Notes: generated by a model not told the origin, from the sequence alone. Positions 18,623-28,173 are shown, numbered from the stretch's first letter. The stretch: 64,000 nt of DNA from Candidatus Saccharimonadia bacterium (GCA_039738635.1 JBCLLN010000001.1:42806-106805), one strand, 5' to 3'. A program made the numbers and translations.

Positions 18623-19845
18623 AAAAAGTTACTCCAAAAACCACCACATCTATCAGGGCCTATGAAAAAGCCGTAGGTACAGACACTATGGCAGAGCTAG
18701 AACTTGCCAGTAAACCACTCCAAGGATTGCGTATCGCCGAAATTAACGCAACAGCAGTTGGGGGTGGGGTAGCAGAGCTTTTGAACGGCCAAATACCGCT
18801 CGCTCGAGCCCTAGGCGTACTTTCAGATTGGTATGTTCTACCCCCTGACGAGAAGTTTTTTAAAACCACCAAGGGTCTCCATAACTGTCTGCAAGGCCAG
18901 TGCGCCCTAGAGACTGTTTTAGATTTTGAGTATTATCAACAATACCACGACTCAATAGCTCATAGCATACCAGAAGCTGACCTGTATATACTGCACGACC
19001 CCCAAACCCTTGGCTTGGTGCCATTTCTCAAGGGCAAACCAGTTGTTTGGCGATGCCACATTGATTTGACCCAGGCCGACCCCACTAGCCTGGATTGGTT
19101 ACGTAAATACTACCCTTATTTTCAAAAGGTCATATTCTCGCTAGAAGCATATGTACATGGGCTCGAACATTCCAAGGTCTCTATTGTTCACCCTGCTATT
19201 GATCCATTGAGTGATAAGAATATTGAGCTTCTTGGTCCTCAACAGCATGTTGCACTAAAAAAACTCAAGATTGACATTAAAAAACCATATATTTTACAAG
19301 TTTCACGGTTTGATAAATTCAAAGACCCTCTTGGTGTTATCAGGATTTACGAACAGTTAAGGAGAAAAATACCCGATTTGCAATGTGTACTGGCTGGCAA
19401 TTACGCCACCGATGACCCAGAAGGGATTGAATACTATGCCATGTCACAAGCCAAAGCCCAGCAAGTGCAAGGTGGTGGCGTGCACTTTGTACTAGGCGCC
19501 ACGGATACGCAGATTAATGCCTTGCAACAGAATGCGGCAATTGTTATTCAAAACTCTACTCGTGAAGGCTTTGGCTTAACAGTCACTGAGGCATTATGGA
19601 AAAAGAAGATCGTTTTTAGCCATCCGGTTGGCGGTATTGCTCTGCAAGTTATTAACGACAGGACTGGCTATTATATAAGTGATGATACTACCCAAGCCAT
19701 TGGCATAATGAGTGATGTTATTGATCGCCCGCATATCTATGCCATGATAGGCCTGGCTGCCCACGAACATGTCAAAAGACAGTTTGTGCTCCCTGTGATG
19801 CTCAAAGATTACTTCAACACTTATTCTGAAGCTCTTAATTCTTAA
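18619..19845 (+). CDS. GT4-family glycosyltransferase, trehalose synthase (TreT)-like
   Basis: N-terminal INATAVGGGVAELL motif recalled from TreT-type retaining GTs; C-terminal GT-B region ...EGFGLTVTEALWKKK (E-x7-E-like). ATGA overlap with the ROK kinase stop. Confidence 0.45.
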   Translation: MKKVTPKTTTSIRAYEKAVGTDTMAELELASKPLQGLRIAEINATAVGGGVAELLNGQIPLARALGVLSDWYVLPPDEKFFKTTKGLHNCLQGQCALETVLDFEYYQQYHDSIAHSIPEADLYILHDPQTLGLVPFLKGKPVVWRCHIDLTQADPTSLDWLRKYYPYFQKVIFSLEAYVHGLEHSKVSIVHPAIDPLSDKNIELLGPQQHVALKKLKIDIKKPYILQVSRFDKFKDPLGVIRIYEQLRRKIPDLQCVLAGNYATDDPEGIEYYAMSQAKAQQVQGGGVHFVLGATDTQINALQQNAAIVIQNSTREGFGLTVTEALWKKKIVFSHPVGGIALQVINDRTGYYISDDTTQAIGIMSDVIDRPHIYAMIGLAAHEHVKRQFVLPVMLKDYFNTYSEALNS

Positions 19846-20009
19846 AGTACCCAGGGTGTCTCCCTGGAATAATAGTAGTAATGTTCTAGACTAACACGCC
19901 CCAGCCAAGCTGGGCAATATTAACAAAGACCGGGTTCTATGACCCGTTTTTTTATTTTTTACTATAACTTTGTGTTGTTATATACTAAGGTGTATCAAAC
20001 CAATACTAA

Positions 20010-21458
20010 ATGATAGCCTACACAAACTACTTACTTAAGAGATTTTATGAATCTAGCAATATTCGCTTGCACCGGTTTGCCCAAAAAACTATTTTTGGGC
20101 AAAGACAGAGTGAGATTACTGATAAGAATTTCATAGACTTAGAGTCAACTGGTATAAACGTTGTAGTGAATAAGAAAATACCCAAGCTTGCTTGGCTTTG
20201 TGAAATTACTAAAGACCAATATACATTTTTTATTGGTCACATGGTAGAACATTCCAATAATTATATCTTCGAAGGTGCCTGGAATGGATCATTTAAGCAA
20301 GCAGATTTTGACAGAACAGAGTTTGTATTTGGCTCTGGAGCTAGATTACGTAAAAACAAAATTATCTTTGTACCGCCCAAACATGGGCTAGAGAGTATTT
20401 TTGTTTTGTATGACAAAAAACTTGATAAATATTATGTTTCAAACACAATTTGTTTTGTTCTTGCTCAATCAGCACTAACTATAAATGATAAGTTTTATAA
20501 AAAAACTGCCAAAGTATTATATGAAACCGGTAGAGTTGCTACTGAGATTGGCGTAGATAGGTATAATCGCATATTAGTAGAAGACAAAAATTATAAATTG
20601 CTAAGAATGACATATTATAATTTTTCTGTTGGCAAAAGTGGAAATATTAAACTCTACAATACAGCTATAGGTAAGCATTTTGAGTCTTACGCTGAATATA
20701 AAAAATTACTTCTTTCTACAGCAAAAAAAGTCATGCAAAACGCGACCGACAAAACCAGAAAGACAAAATATACAGCCATATCCTCAATATCTAAGGGCTA
20801 TGATTCTGTTGCGGTAACATCACTAGTAACGAGTCTGGGCCTAAAATCTGCCTTGACTCTGAGTGGTACTGTCTATAACTACAATGATTCTGGTGAAGAG
20901 ATAGCGAAAAAGCTGGGTCTAAAAGCATTTACCTTTAGACACATGTTAGCAAAAAACATTAAGAACCTAAACACCGACTTTCATAAAAGAAAAAAGAAGC
21001 AAGCGCTTGAGTTTATAGCTACCGAAGGGTTGGGCGACGATGTTGGATTTTTGCCGTTCGAGCCCAAACTTGGTAACAAACTGTACTTTTCGGGTGCTTA
21101 TGGGGACATTGTTTGGGGAAAGAACAAAAAACTACTGCCTGGCTTTATTAAGCCAAAATCCTTTGCCAAAAGCCTAACTGAATTTAGACTAAGAGTCGGA
21201 TTTGTTCATATTCCGCTTATCGCAGTGGGGTCGCGTTATGCCGCGCCACTAGCAAAAATTTCTTTTGGTAAAGATATGAAGCCGTATTCTATTGGTGGAG
21301 ATTATGATAGGCCAATCCCGCGGAGAATTGCTGAGGAGGCGGGGGTTACTCGGGAATCTTTTGGCATACAAAAAAGTGCCTCTTCTCCTCTAATAACTAA
21401 CAGGGCTGATATATTTGACGAGAGCATTACTTGTATTACAAAAAGATATAAGATATAG
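20010..21458 (+). CDS. Hypothetical protein; weak asparagine-synthetase-like PP-loop resemblance (SKGYDS)
   Basis: 482 aa, AT-rich; TAISSISKGYDSVAVTSL is loosely SGGxDS-like; no confident family assignment. Confidence 0.25.
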   Translation: MIAYTNYLLKRFYESSNIRLHRFAQKTIFGQRQSEITDKNFIDLESTGINVVVNKKIPKLAWLCEITKDQYTFFIGHMVEHSNNYIFEGAWNGSFKQADFDRTEFVFGSGARLRKNKIIFVPPKHGLESIFVLYDKKLDKYYVSNTICFVLAQSALTINDKFYKKTAKVLYETGRVATEIGVDRYNRILVEDKNYKLLRMTYYNFSVGKSGNIKLYNTAIGKHFESYAEYKKLLLSTAKKVMQNATDKTRKTKYTAISSISKGYDSVAVTSLVTSLGLKSALTLSGTVYNYNDSGEEIAKKLGLKAFTFRHMLAKNIKNLNTDFHKRKKKQALEFIATEGLGDDVGFLPFEPKLGNKLYFSGAYGDIVWGKNKKLLPGFIKPKSFAKSLTEFRLRVGFVHIPLIAVGSRYAAPLAKISFGKDMKPYSIGGDYDRPIPRRIAEEAGVTRESFGIQKSASSPLITNRADIFDESITCITKRYKI

Positions 21459-21544
21459 CCCTTTTTGTAATGAATTAGCTTGACAGACCTATATAAAATA
21501 CATAACAATAGAGCATAAGCATTTATTGCTAATAAATATTTGGT

Positions 21545-22384
21545 ATGATTCATAAGAAAAAATCAACAATGGTTAAATCAGATAAGTTCTACAATAAAGA
21601 ACTGATTTTTACTCCTCCCAAATTATTTGATAAAAAAATGTTAGTTTTTGTTGTCTTGTTCGTGGCAATTGGCAGTTACCTTCTCTTTACTAGCTTTGCA
21701 GCAACCATTCCACTCAGCAGTTATTATCCTAACTCTACTAGATATAAAGCTGGTTATTACCTAGAAGGCAATAACTACGCCAATCCTCAAGCACCAAGTC
21801 GTTCAGTGCTTTGGTTCCAATCAACTGGAGGAGGCTCATTTAAGCAGTTTAACTCTGCACCTTATGAGCAATGCCACTGGGATTTACTGAACTGGACTAA
21901 GACCACTCTTATTTATACCAAGACTCACAACCAGTGCGGTACAAACAATAATGAGATCGTTTACTCACCTGGTGTTAGCTTTATGCCTAAAAGCTTGAAT
22001 AGCAGCCAAACTTGGTCTGTGAGCGGAACTTCGGCAGCAACCTACTATAACCAAGGCAAGATAGTATGTACTGGTACAAATACTTGGAATTCCAAGGTCC
22101 TTGGTTGGGTAGCGCTTACTCCCGCCCAACAAGCATTGCATATCCAGAATAACCAATCCACCTATTGGACATCCGGATCGGATCCATCAGGTTGCTCAAT
22201 GGGATCTACCACCAAATGGCAAGAAAACTTCTATCTTGTAGCTAGTCTACCAATTACAGGAACTACAAATTCGGACCTAGCCCTTAAACGACAAGTAGGA
22301 GGCAACGTTGATAGTTACAACGCAACTCATCGGTGGAGTTATGATGTTTGGTTTGATAGCTGGAATAAATTGCCTACAAAATAA
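21545..22384 (+). CDS. Exported/membrane-anchored Ser/Thr/Asn/Trp-rich hypothetical protein
   Basis: N-terminal signal-anchor MLVFVVLFVAIGSYLLFTSFAA; the remainder is hydrophilic S/T/N/W-rich with several Cys. Confidence 0.4.
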   Translation: MIHKKKSTMVKSDKFYNKELIFTPPKLFDKKMLVFVVLFVAIGSYLLFTSFAATIPLSSYYPNSTRYKAGYYLEGNNYANPQAPSRSVLWFQSTGGGSFKQFNSAPYEQCHWDLLNWTKTTLIYTKTHNQCGTNNNEIVYSPGVSFMPKSLNSSQTWSVSGTSAATYYNQGKIVCTGTNTWNSKVLGWVALTPAQQALHIQNNQSTYWTSGSDPSGCSMGSTTKWQENFYLVASLPITGTTNSDLALKRQVGGNVDSYNATHRWSYDVWFDSWNKLPTK

Positions 22385-22404
22385 ATGCGTATCGTATGGC
22401 TGGA

Positions 22405-22472
22405 CTGGAGGACTGTCCTCTAACAGATAGAGCTTATGTGATACTATTCATTCCAGGGAGACACCCTGGATT
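22405..22472. repeat. 68-bp direct repeat copy A (contains two hairpins, including the CCAGGGAGACACCCTGG palindrome)
   Basis: ctggaggactgtcctctaacagatagagcttatgtgatactattcattccagggagacaccctggatt; about 90% identical to 22806..22873. Confidence 0.8.
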
Positions 22473-22514
22473 AAAGAAGCCGTCGAGGCTTCTTTTTGCT
22501 ATAATAAATGCGTA

Positions 22515-22790
22515 ATGAATTTATTAGATATTCTAACTATACTTTCGTATATTGCCCTAAATATAGATATTGCCTTCCAGATGAGACAGGTTTATATAAG
22601 CAAGTCATCAAAAAACCTTTCTTTGGTTGGTCTAACCATCCGTTATATGGCAATTATCATTATCCTCATTAAGTTTATGACCCTAAGTGATTTACCACTT
22701 ATTATAGGGCAAGGGCTGATTCTGGTGACCTTTACGGCCTATTTTGCACTGGCTGTTTTTTACTTCACTAAACGAAACAACAAACATTAA
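22515..22790 (+). CDS. Small hydrophobic membrane protein (91 aa, about 3 TM), flanked by the 68-bp direct repeats
   Basis: MNLLDILTILSYIALNIDIAF...LILVTFTAYFALAVFYFTKRNNKH; AT-rich. Confidence 0.3.
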   Translation: MNLLDILTILSYIALNIDIAFQMRQVYISKSSKNLSLVGLTIRYMAIIIILIKFMTLSDLPLIIGQGLILVTFTAYFALAVFYFTKRNNKH

Positions 22791-22805
22791 AAAGTAGTTG
22801 CTTTC

Positions 22806-22873
22806 CTGGAGGATTGTCCTCTAATAGATAGAGTTTATGTGATACTATTCATTCCAGGGAGACACCCTCGATT
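22806..22873. repeat. 68-bp direct repeat copy B
   Basis: ctggaggattgtcctctaatagatagagtttatgtgatactattcattccagggagacaccctcgatt. Confidence 0.8.
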
Positions 22874-22896
22874 AATCAATAAGAAAGGTTGTAATA

Positions 22897-23433
22897 ATGA
22901 AAAAAAAGATACTTTTTTTTGATGGTGATGGAACCCTATGGTATCCAACATCAACTAAGCGCACCGAAAAACCGCATTGGATATATCATAATCCACTTAC
23001 AAAAGATAATCATCTAGAACACCTTTCATTAACACCTGGAACACGAAAAACTCTTGCAGTGTTTAAGAAAAAAGGCATATATCTTGTCGTTGTGTCGGCA
23101 AATCCAAACCCCGAAGAACAGGCCGTGAAGGAGATTAAAGAACGCTTAGACTACTTTAAAATTAGTGATCTCTTTTATTCTTGTCGGGCTTCCGCCGGAG
23201 ATGATCCTAATGGAAAGGTCGCAATTATCCTTGATATAATAAAAAAACTCAACCTAACTAAAGAAGACGCCTTAATGGTTGGTGATAGTTACTTCTACGA
23301 CTATCTTGCCCCAAAAGAAGCTGGCATTGATGCATTATTCATTGAAAATGAAGTATCGAGAATGCCAGAAGAAATACCAACTAACCTACAAACCATAAAA
23401 GAGGTCTCGGACCTACTTGGTATATTAGAATAG
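22897..23433 (+). CDS. HAD-superfamily phosphatase
   Basis: Motif I FFDGDGTLW (DxDGT), motif II LVVVSANPN, motif IV VGDSYFYD. Confidence 0.65.
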   Translation: MKKKILFFDGDGTLWYPTSTKRTEKPHWIYHNPLTKDNHLEHLSLTPGTRKTLAVFKKKGIYLVVVSANPNPEEQAVKEIKERLDYFKISDLFYSCRASAGDDPNGKVAIILDIIKKLNLTKEDALMVGDSYFYDYLAPKEAGIDALFIENEVSRMPEEIPTNLQTIKEVSDLLGILE

Positions 23434-23473
23434 CTCTCCCCTCCTAATATATATTTGATGATATAATTTATAT

Positions 23474-23830
23474 ATGCACAGATACCTAATGGTCTTAATA
23501 TTCGCTTTGTTTTTCTTTTTGGCATTTTTGGTATCTCCCGAGTTCAAGTACGACAGGGTCTGCGTGGACCAGAACAACCCTTTTAGCTGTGAAGACAAGT
23601 GGAAGATTGATTATAAAAAAGTTAGATTCATGGGTGGAGCAAGCATTATTAAATTCGCCATAACCGGTAAGCCAATCGGTACAAATGGGGATTATGTTCC
23701 AGTTGTAGGCATTACACTAGCTAGCTCTACTATCATGGCACTAATACTGTCTTTTGTGACAATTAGAATATTTAATAACATAAGGCATTCAAAGCACTCT
23801 GTTCAAAAAAATCACAAAAAAAAAGAGTAG
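23474..23830 (+). CDS. Hypothetical small membrane protein
   Basis: N-terminal TM LMVLIFALFFFLAFLV and a second hydrophobic stretch; no domain recognised. Confidence 0.3.
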   Translation: MHRYLMVLIFALFFFLAFLVSPEFKYDRVCVDQNNPFSCEDKWKIDYKKVRFMGGASIIKFAITGKPIGTNGDYVPVVGITLASSTIMALILSFVTIRIFNNIRHSKHSVQKNHKKKE

Positions 23831-23961
23831 CGACACCTAGACGGTACATGACTGCCCGAGAACTTAATAACACTAATTGTGGTTTTAAGGTATAATCACT
23901 ACTCAAGGGCGTTATAGTTGGAGAGCCCGCTAATGCATAGTAATAGTATAAGGAGAATTAT

Positions 23962-25155
23962 ATGAATGAAATTGTATGCCCAAACTGTAAGAAAACATTT
24001 AAGCTAGATGGATCTGATTTTTCTAATATCCTCAAGCAGGTTCGTGACCATGAATTCAAAGAAGAGCTACAGGCGCGGGAGGCCCTTTTAAGACAAGAGG
24101 GTCTAAAAGACATAAAACTTGCCCAGGAACGAACAAAGAATGAATTGCAAGCTGAGCTAACAAAAAAAGACATCTTGCTGGCCGAATTAAATGCTAGAGT
24201 TAAATCGGCAGATACAGAAAAAACACTAGCCATTGCCGAGACAATCAATAGATCAGAAAAAGATCGCAACGAATTGCTGGTAGAATTAGCCACTAAAGAA
24301 AATGAGAAAAAACTGGTGGAAACAAACCTAAGGGATAAATACGAGGGCGAATTAAAACTAAAAGATGAGGCAATTGCCTATCATAAAGACTTTAAGGCCA
24401 GGCTTTCTACCAAGATGGTGGGCGAAACACTAGAACAGCACTGCGAGACAGAGTTTAATAAACTCCGCGCTACAGCCTTTGAGAATGCCTATTTTGAAAA
24501 AGATAACGACGCCAAGACTGGCAGTAAGGGCGACTACATCTATCGTGAAAATGATGGATCTGGAAATGAGATTATTTCTATTATGTTTGAGATGAAAAAC
24601 GAGACAGATACAACAGCAAGTAAGAAAAAAAATGAAGACTTTTTAAGAGAGCTAGACAAGGATCGTGCCGAGAAAAAGTGCGAATATGCTGTACTTGTTT
24701 CACTTTTAGAAGCCGACAGCGAGCTTTATAATACTGGCATTGTTGATGTATCGTACCGACAGACCAAAATGTATGTTATTCGCCCACAGTTCTTTATACC
24801 TATCATAACTCTACTGCGTAACGCCGCCCTAAATTCCATGAAGTATAAAGCTGAGCTGGCGCTGATGAAGAACCAAAATATTGATATCACCGACTTTGAA
24901 GACAATGTAGATCAGTTCAGGGAAGGGTTTGCTCGCAACTATGACCTGGCCAGCCGAAAGTTTAGGACCGCCATAGATGAGATAGATAAAACTATCGATC
25001 ACCTCCAAAAGACCAAGGATAATCTGTTGGCATCCGAGAATAACTTACGGCTCGCCAACGACAAGGCAGACGAGTTAACAATAAAAAAACTGACTCATAA
25101 CAACCCCACAATGACAGCCAAATTTGAGGAGCTTGAGGATAGTAAAGATAGCTAG
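23962..25155 (+). CDS. DUF2130-like protein: N-terminal CxxC zinc ribbon + long coiled coil
   Basis: [36 protein letters not shown], then heptad-rich E/K/L sequence; RBS aaggag precedes the start; terminator-like hairpin at 25311-25337. Confidence 0.4.
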   Translation: MNEIVCPNCKKTFKLDGSDFSNILKQVRDHEFKEELQAREALLRQEGLKDIKLAQERTKNELQAELTKKDILLAELNARVKSADTEKTLAIAETINRSEKDRNELLVELATKENEKKLVETNLRDKYEGELKLKDEAIAYHKDFKARLSTKMVGETLEQHCETEFNKLRATAFENAYFEKDNDAKTGSKGDYIYRENDGSGNEIISIMFEMKNETDTTASKKKNEDFLRELDKDRAEKKCEYAVLVSLLEADSELYNTGIVDVSYRQTKMYVIRPQFFIPIITLLRNAALNSMKYKAELALMKNQNIDITDFEDNVDQFREGFARNYDLASRKFRTAIDEIDKTIDHLQKTKDNLLASENNLRLANDKADELTIKKLTHNNPTMTAKFEELEDSKDS

Positions 25156-25293
25156 AGAACTAGCCAGCGTATAATTATCGAGCTTTTGCCCTACGCTTTA
25201 GGACCGAACCTCCTTACTACATTACCCTCCCTCTCTGCTAAAAATTTAGCAAAAGTGTTTTTGATTGCTTTGGGCGCGCTGTTTACTGCATCA

Positions 25294-25337
25294 GCATATT
25301 TGTAATTCTCTAACCTGGAAAAGGCCAGGCCTTTTTT
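25294..25337. repeat. 43-bp direct repeat copy 1 with terminator-like hairpin (CCTGG-aaaagg-CCAGG-CC-T6)
   Basis: gcatatttgtaattctctaacctggaaaaggccaggcctttttt; near-identical to 26298..26340. Confidence 0.75.
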
Positions 25338-25374
25338 GTAGTGCATTGGGTGTTTTTTTGGTAAAATTAAAGTA

Positions 25375-26166
25375 ATGAAATCCTTATTCCTCACAAATCA
25401 AGAGATGTCGGCCGTTTACGAACAGAGAGAGCACGATGGGTTGAGCAATGAGCTCTATACCCTTAATCTCAATTCCGCATCAAGCCGGTTCATCTTTTGT
25501 GGGAGCCGACATACAAATATCCCAGAAGATAAACAGTTTGGAGAAATAGAAGCACTGTGGGCTGAGTTCACTTCCCTACCGGGCAACAAAGTTGCGTTCT
25601 GCGAAGGTAGGGTTCGGCCAATAGATGGCAAATCTCGTGAACAAGCAATCATCACAGGTGGTGACCCTGGTTTAATTTGTTATCTAGCAAAACGAGATGG
25701 CATCGAACTCATATCGCCTGAACCAGACATGAATCTTGAGGTCCGCAAGCTAGTTGCAGCATTTGGCCCAGAGAAAACCGCCCTCTACTACTTCGACCGC
25801 CAGATGTACCAATGGGCTCGGGCAGACTTTCGGCATCGTGGAAATGTCCAAGAATATATCCTAGGCTTTATCAAACAGTTTCCAACAGCAGAATTACAAG
25901 GTCTTAAGCTAACTCCAAATGTACTCTACAATATTTTTCAAAAGGAGACGGGCAAGGCGTTTTCGTTTATTGAAATACAAACTATCCATAACCTCTTGGC
26001 TCCGAATAGCAATGAGGTTGCGTCAATGTCGAGCCTACACCGCAATGAGAGCATCTTTGATACGGTCAAAAGCTATAAAGGTAATGGTTACAATATCTTT
26101 ATAGTCTACGGCTCGGGCCACGCTATCGTGCTGGAGCCAGCACTGAGAGAGTTATACGCAAAATGA
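25375..26166 (+). CDS. Hypothetical protein (263 aa), bracketed by the 43-bp direct repeats
   Basis: ORF with moderate GC; no recognisable motif. Confidence 0.35.
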   Translation: MKSLFLTNQEMSAVYEQREHDGLSNELYTLNLNSASSRFIFCGSRHTNIPEDKQFGEIEALWAEFTSLPGNKVAFCEGRVRPIDGKSREQAIITGGDPGLICYLAKRDGIELISPEPDMNLEVRKLVAAFGPEKTALYYFDRQMYQWARADFRHRGNVQEYILGFIKQFPTAELQGLKLTPNVLYNIFQKETGKAFSFIEIQTIHNLLAPNSNEVASMSSLHRNESIFDTVKSYKGNGYNIFIVYGSGHAIVLEPALRELYAK

Positions 26167-26297
26167 CACCAGCAGGCCGGCTCAGCGTTGGGGGCGAACC
26201 TATTGGTGACATTACCCTCCCGAAACATTACCGCGTAACCTCAATAACTAATAGTTATTCTGATGAGTCCTAATGTGAGGACGAAAGGTTACGGGGC

Positions 26298-26340
26298 GCA
26301 TATTTGTAATTCTCTAACCTGGAAAAGGCCAGGCCTTTTT
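26298..26340. repeat. 43-bp direct repeat copy 2
   Basis: gcatatttgtaattctctaacctggaaaaggccaggccttttt. Confidence 0.75.
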
Positions 26341-26419
26341 GCTTGGATTTGCAAACCATTGTCTTATATTGAATAAAGCCGTACAATGTCCTTAAGTTCC
26401 TTGACTTTAGGGAGGTAAA

Positions 26420-26899
26420 ATGAGTCCAATCGTCGCCGATAGGGTACGCTTTGTGGTGCGACATCTGCGCGACTTCATTAACACCTGTGGCTATCCGCAA
26501 ACGGAAGCCAGTTTTGACTCTGGTCGTGTTCACTATCACCAAATCACCAACGCTCCAAAGTTCACTGACGGAAATGACGAGCTCTCAGTTCATAAATTGC
26601 GGGTTTTTCATCCTTCTTCATTGAAAGCAAAGAAGGTTGTGGCACAGCTTCAATCAAACATGGGCCACATTGGCAGTTATGAAGTTAGCAGTTATGAAGT
26701 TCGTCTGGTGGTATATGAGCTGCAAATTGACGGAGTGATAACAAAATTTGAGGGTAACGACCAAGAATTTAGTACCGATCGCGTAACATTTTTTGGTTTA
26801 GGCCAAATAATCGAACGGGTCGATCTCGTGGTAGAACATGCCTTTACGGCTACAAGATTAGAGCAAATGCACTTTCCGCCAATTCGGCAACCAACATAA
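26420..26899 (+). CDS. Hypothetical protein (159 aa) with an internal 15-bp tandem duplication
   Basis: RBS gggagg upstream; agttatgaagttagc/agttatgaagttcgt encodes SYEVS-SYEVR. Confidence 0.3.
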   Translation: MSPIVADRVRFVVRHLRDFINTCGYPQTEASFDSGRVHYHQITNAPKFTDGNDELSVHKLRVFHPSSLKAKKVVAQLQSNMGHIGSYEVSSYEVRLVVYELQIDGVITKFEGNDQEFSTDRVTFFGLGQIIERVDLVVEHAFTATRLEQMHFPPIRQPT

Positions 26900-27189
26900 T
26901 CGGGTTATATCAAAAGTATGACCCGATTTTTATTTTACTGGACTTACGCAAAGCTCCCTCATCCCCAGACCAAATATGACCGGTTATACCATGAGCCTGT
27001 CGAATGGCTACAAACTGTTTTTCTTCTATCGACGTATCTACGGATACTTCTCCTTCAGATAAAACAGTTTTCACTCGACCAGATTTACCCTGGGAACGAG
27101 CGATTTTGCATAAGTCCAGTATTAAAAAGGGTGCCTGCAAGGTGAACATAAAGTCCACCCTGCAGGCACTAAGTTCCCTGGCAGGTTTT

Positions 27190-27560
27190 ATCCCACCAAG
27201 AATTGTAGATGATACGGATCGGCCAAGATATCGGCTGCGTCCTGGTTGGTCCAGGTAGCGACCCCAACATGGTTGAGGTCAGCTGGAAGGCATGGGCCAT
27301 CATGAACCATGGCGTCGACATGAAGCCCAGCGAACGCGCCGTGGTCGGTATCGGTGCCTACCACGAGCACGACGAGCTCACAATCGGGTGCTGTATCAAA
27401 CTTGATGACGGCGTCGACATGTCCGACACAGGTACTGACACAGCCAAGCCGTGTATGACGAAGCGCATTGCCCAACTCATTAACTATTGGACGAAGCGCC
27501 ACATTTGCTACGGTTGATCGCTGAATTCTTGAACTTCTACTATGCACTCTCACCTCCAAT
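27190..27560. pseudogene. GC-rich (about 60%) gene fragment of probable foreign origin; strand and frame ambiguous
   Basis: Abrupt GC jump relative to flanks. Overlapping ORFs on both strands (27188..27559 - and 27209..27517 +), with an out-of-frame continuation on the minus strand (26910..27158) suggesting a frameshifted remnant. Confidence 0.2.
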
Positions 27561-27671
27561 GAGTACCCACTTCGGTGTGCAATGTGCCTGCTGCTACGAG
27601 CTCCTGACTCTTAGTAAGAAACTACTCTTTATTATTATACTTACGTTTAAATTGTCAAGGTGTTTTTCGGG

Positions 27672-27715
27672 ATAAAAAAGAGCAGGGCCTGTTCGCATAA
27701 ATGCGAACAGGCCCT
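27672..27715 (-). terminator. Rho-independent terminator (15-bp perfect stem) for the 27730..27972 gene
   Basis: AGGGCCTGTTCGCAT-aa-ATGCGAACAGGCCCT, followed on the minus strand by CTCTTTTTTAT. Confidence 0.55.
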
Positions 27716-27729
27716 TTAATGCTTTGTAT

Positions 27730-27972
27730 CTACCTGCGAGGCTTGTTCTGGACTGGGTGCCGACTGCCCCATGAGCTGATGGCGAGCAGTGGAAAAATAG
27801 CAGATCCTCCGACGAGGGCTGCAAAAACGACGTAATTGGGATTGTGACCCAAGTAGAGGTTCGTCAGCCAAACACCGAGAAGAACCCAACAGACCACAGC
27901 GTACAAGATGTACGTGCCCTCGAATATCTTGCTGGTAATTTGCTTTGACGCTTGTCTCGCATCTCTGCTCAA
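27730..27972 (-). CDS. Hypothetical small membrane protein (2 TM)
   Basis: 80-aa ORF with two hydrophobic helices; strong terminator immediately downstream. Confidence 0.35.
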   Translation of the reverse strand: MSRDARQASKQITSKIFEGTYILYAVVCWVLLGVWLTNLYLGHNPNYVVFAALVGGSAIFPLLAISSWGSRHPVQNKPRR

Positions 27973-28173
27973 TCTATTACCTTCCTCTGATAGGACAACG
28001 AAAAGATGCCTTGATAAGCACTTTTCTAGATACAGAACAGAATTATTATATCTGGATTTACTGTTTTCGTCAAGGTTAGCTCAAAATGTATAAACGCCCG
28101 ATGATACAATTGCCAGCCTACTCTAGGCTATAAGAGTGCTAATATTTATTAGCTTGGCCTAAAGTTACAGAAC

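Noticed and set aside
22396-26345. Possibility that the repeated 43-68-bp elements form a CRISPR array or integron attC sites
   Set aside because: There are only two copies each, spacing is irregular (about 400 and 1000 bp), no cas genes or integrase are present, and the repeat sequences differ between loci.
27209-27517. 102-aa plus-strand ORF in the GC-rich fragment
   Set aside because: It is mutually exclusive with the minus-strand ORF 27188..27559. High GC inflates ORF length on both strands and neither has a recognisable motif, so it is reported only as an ambiguous pseudogene-like fragment.
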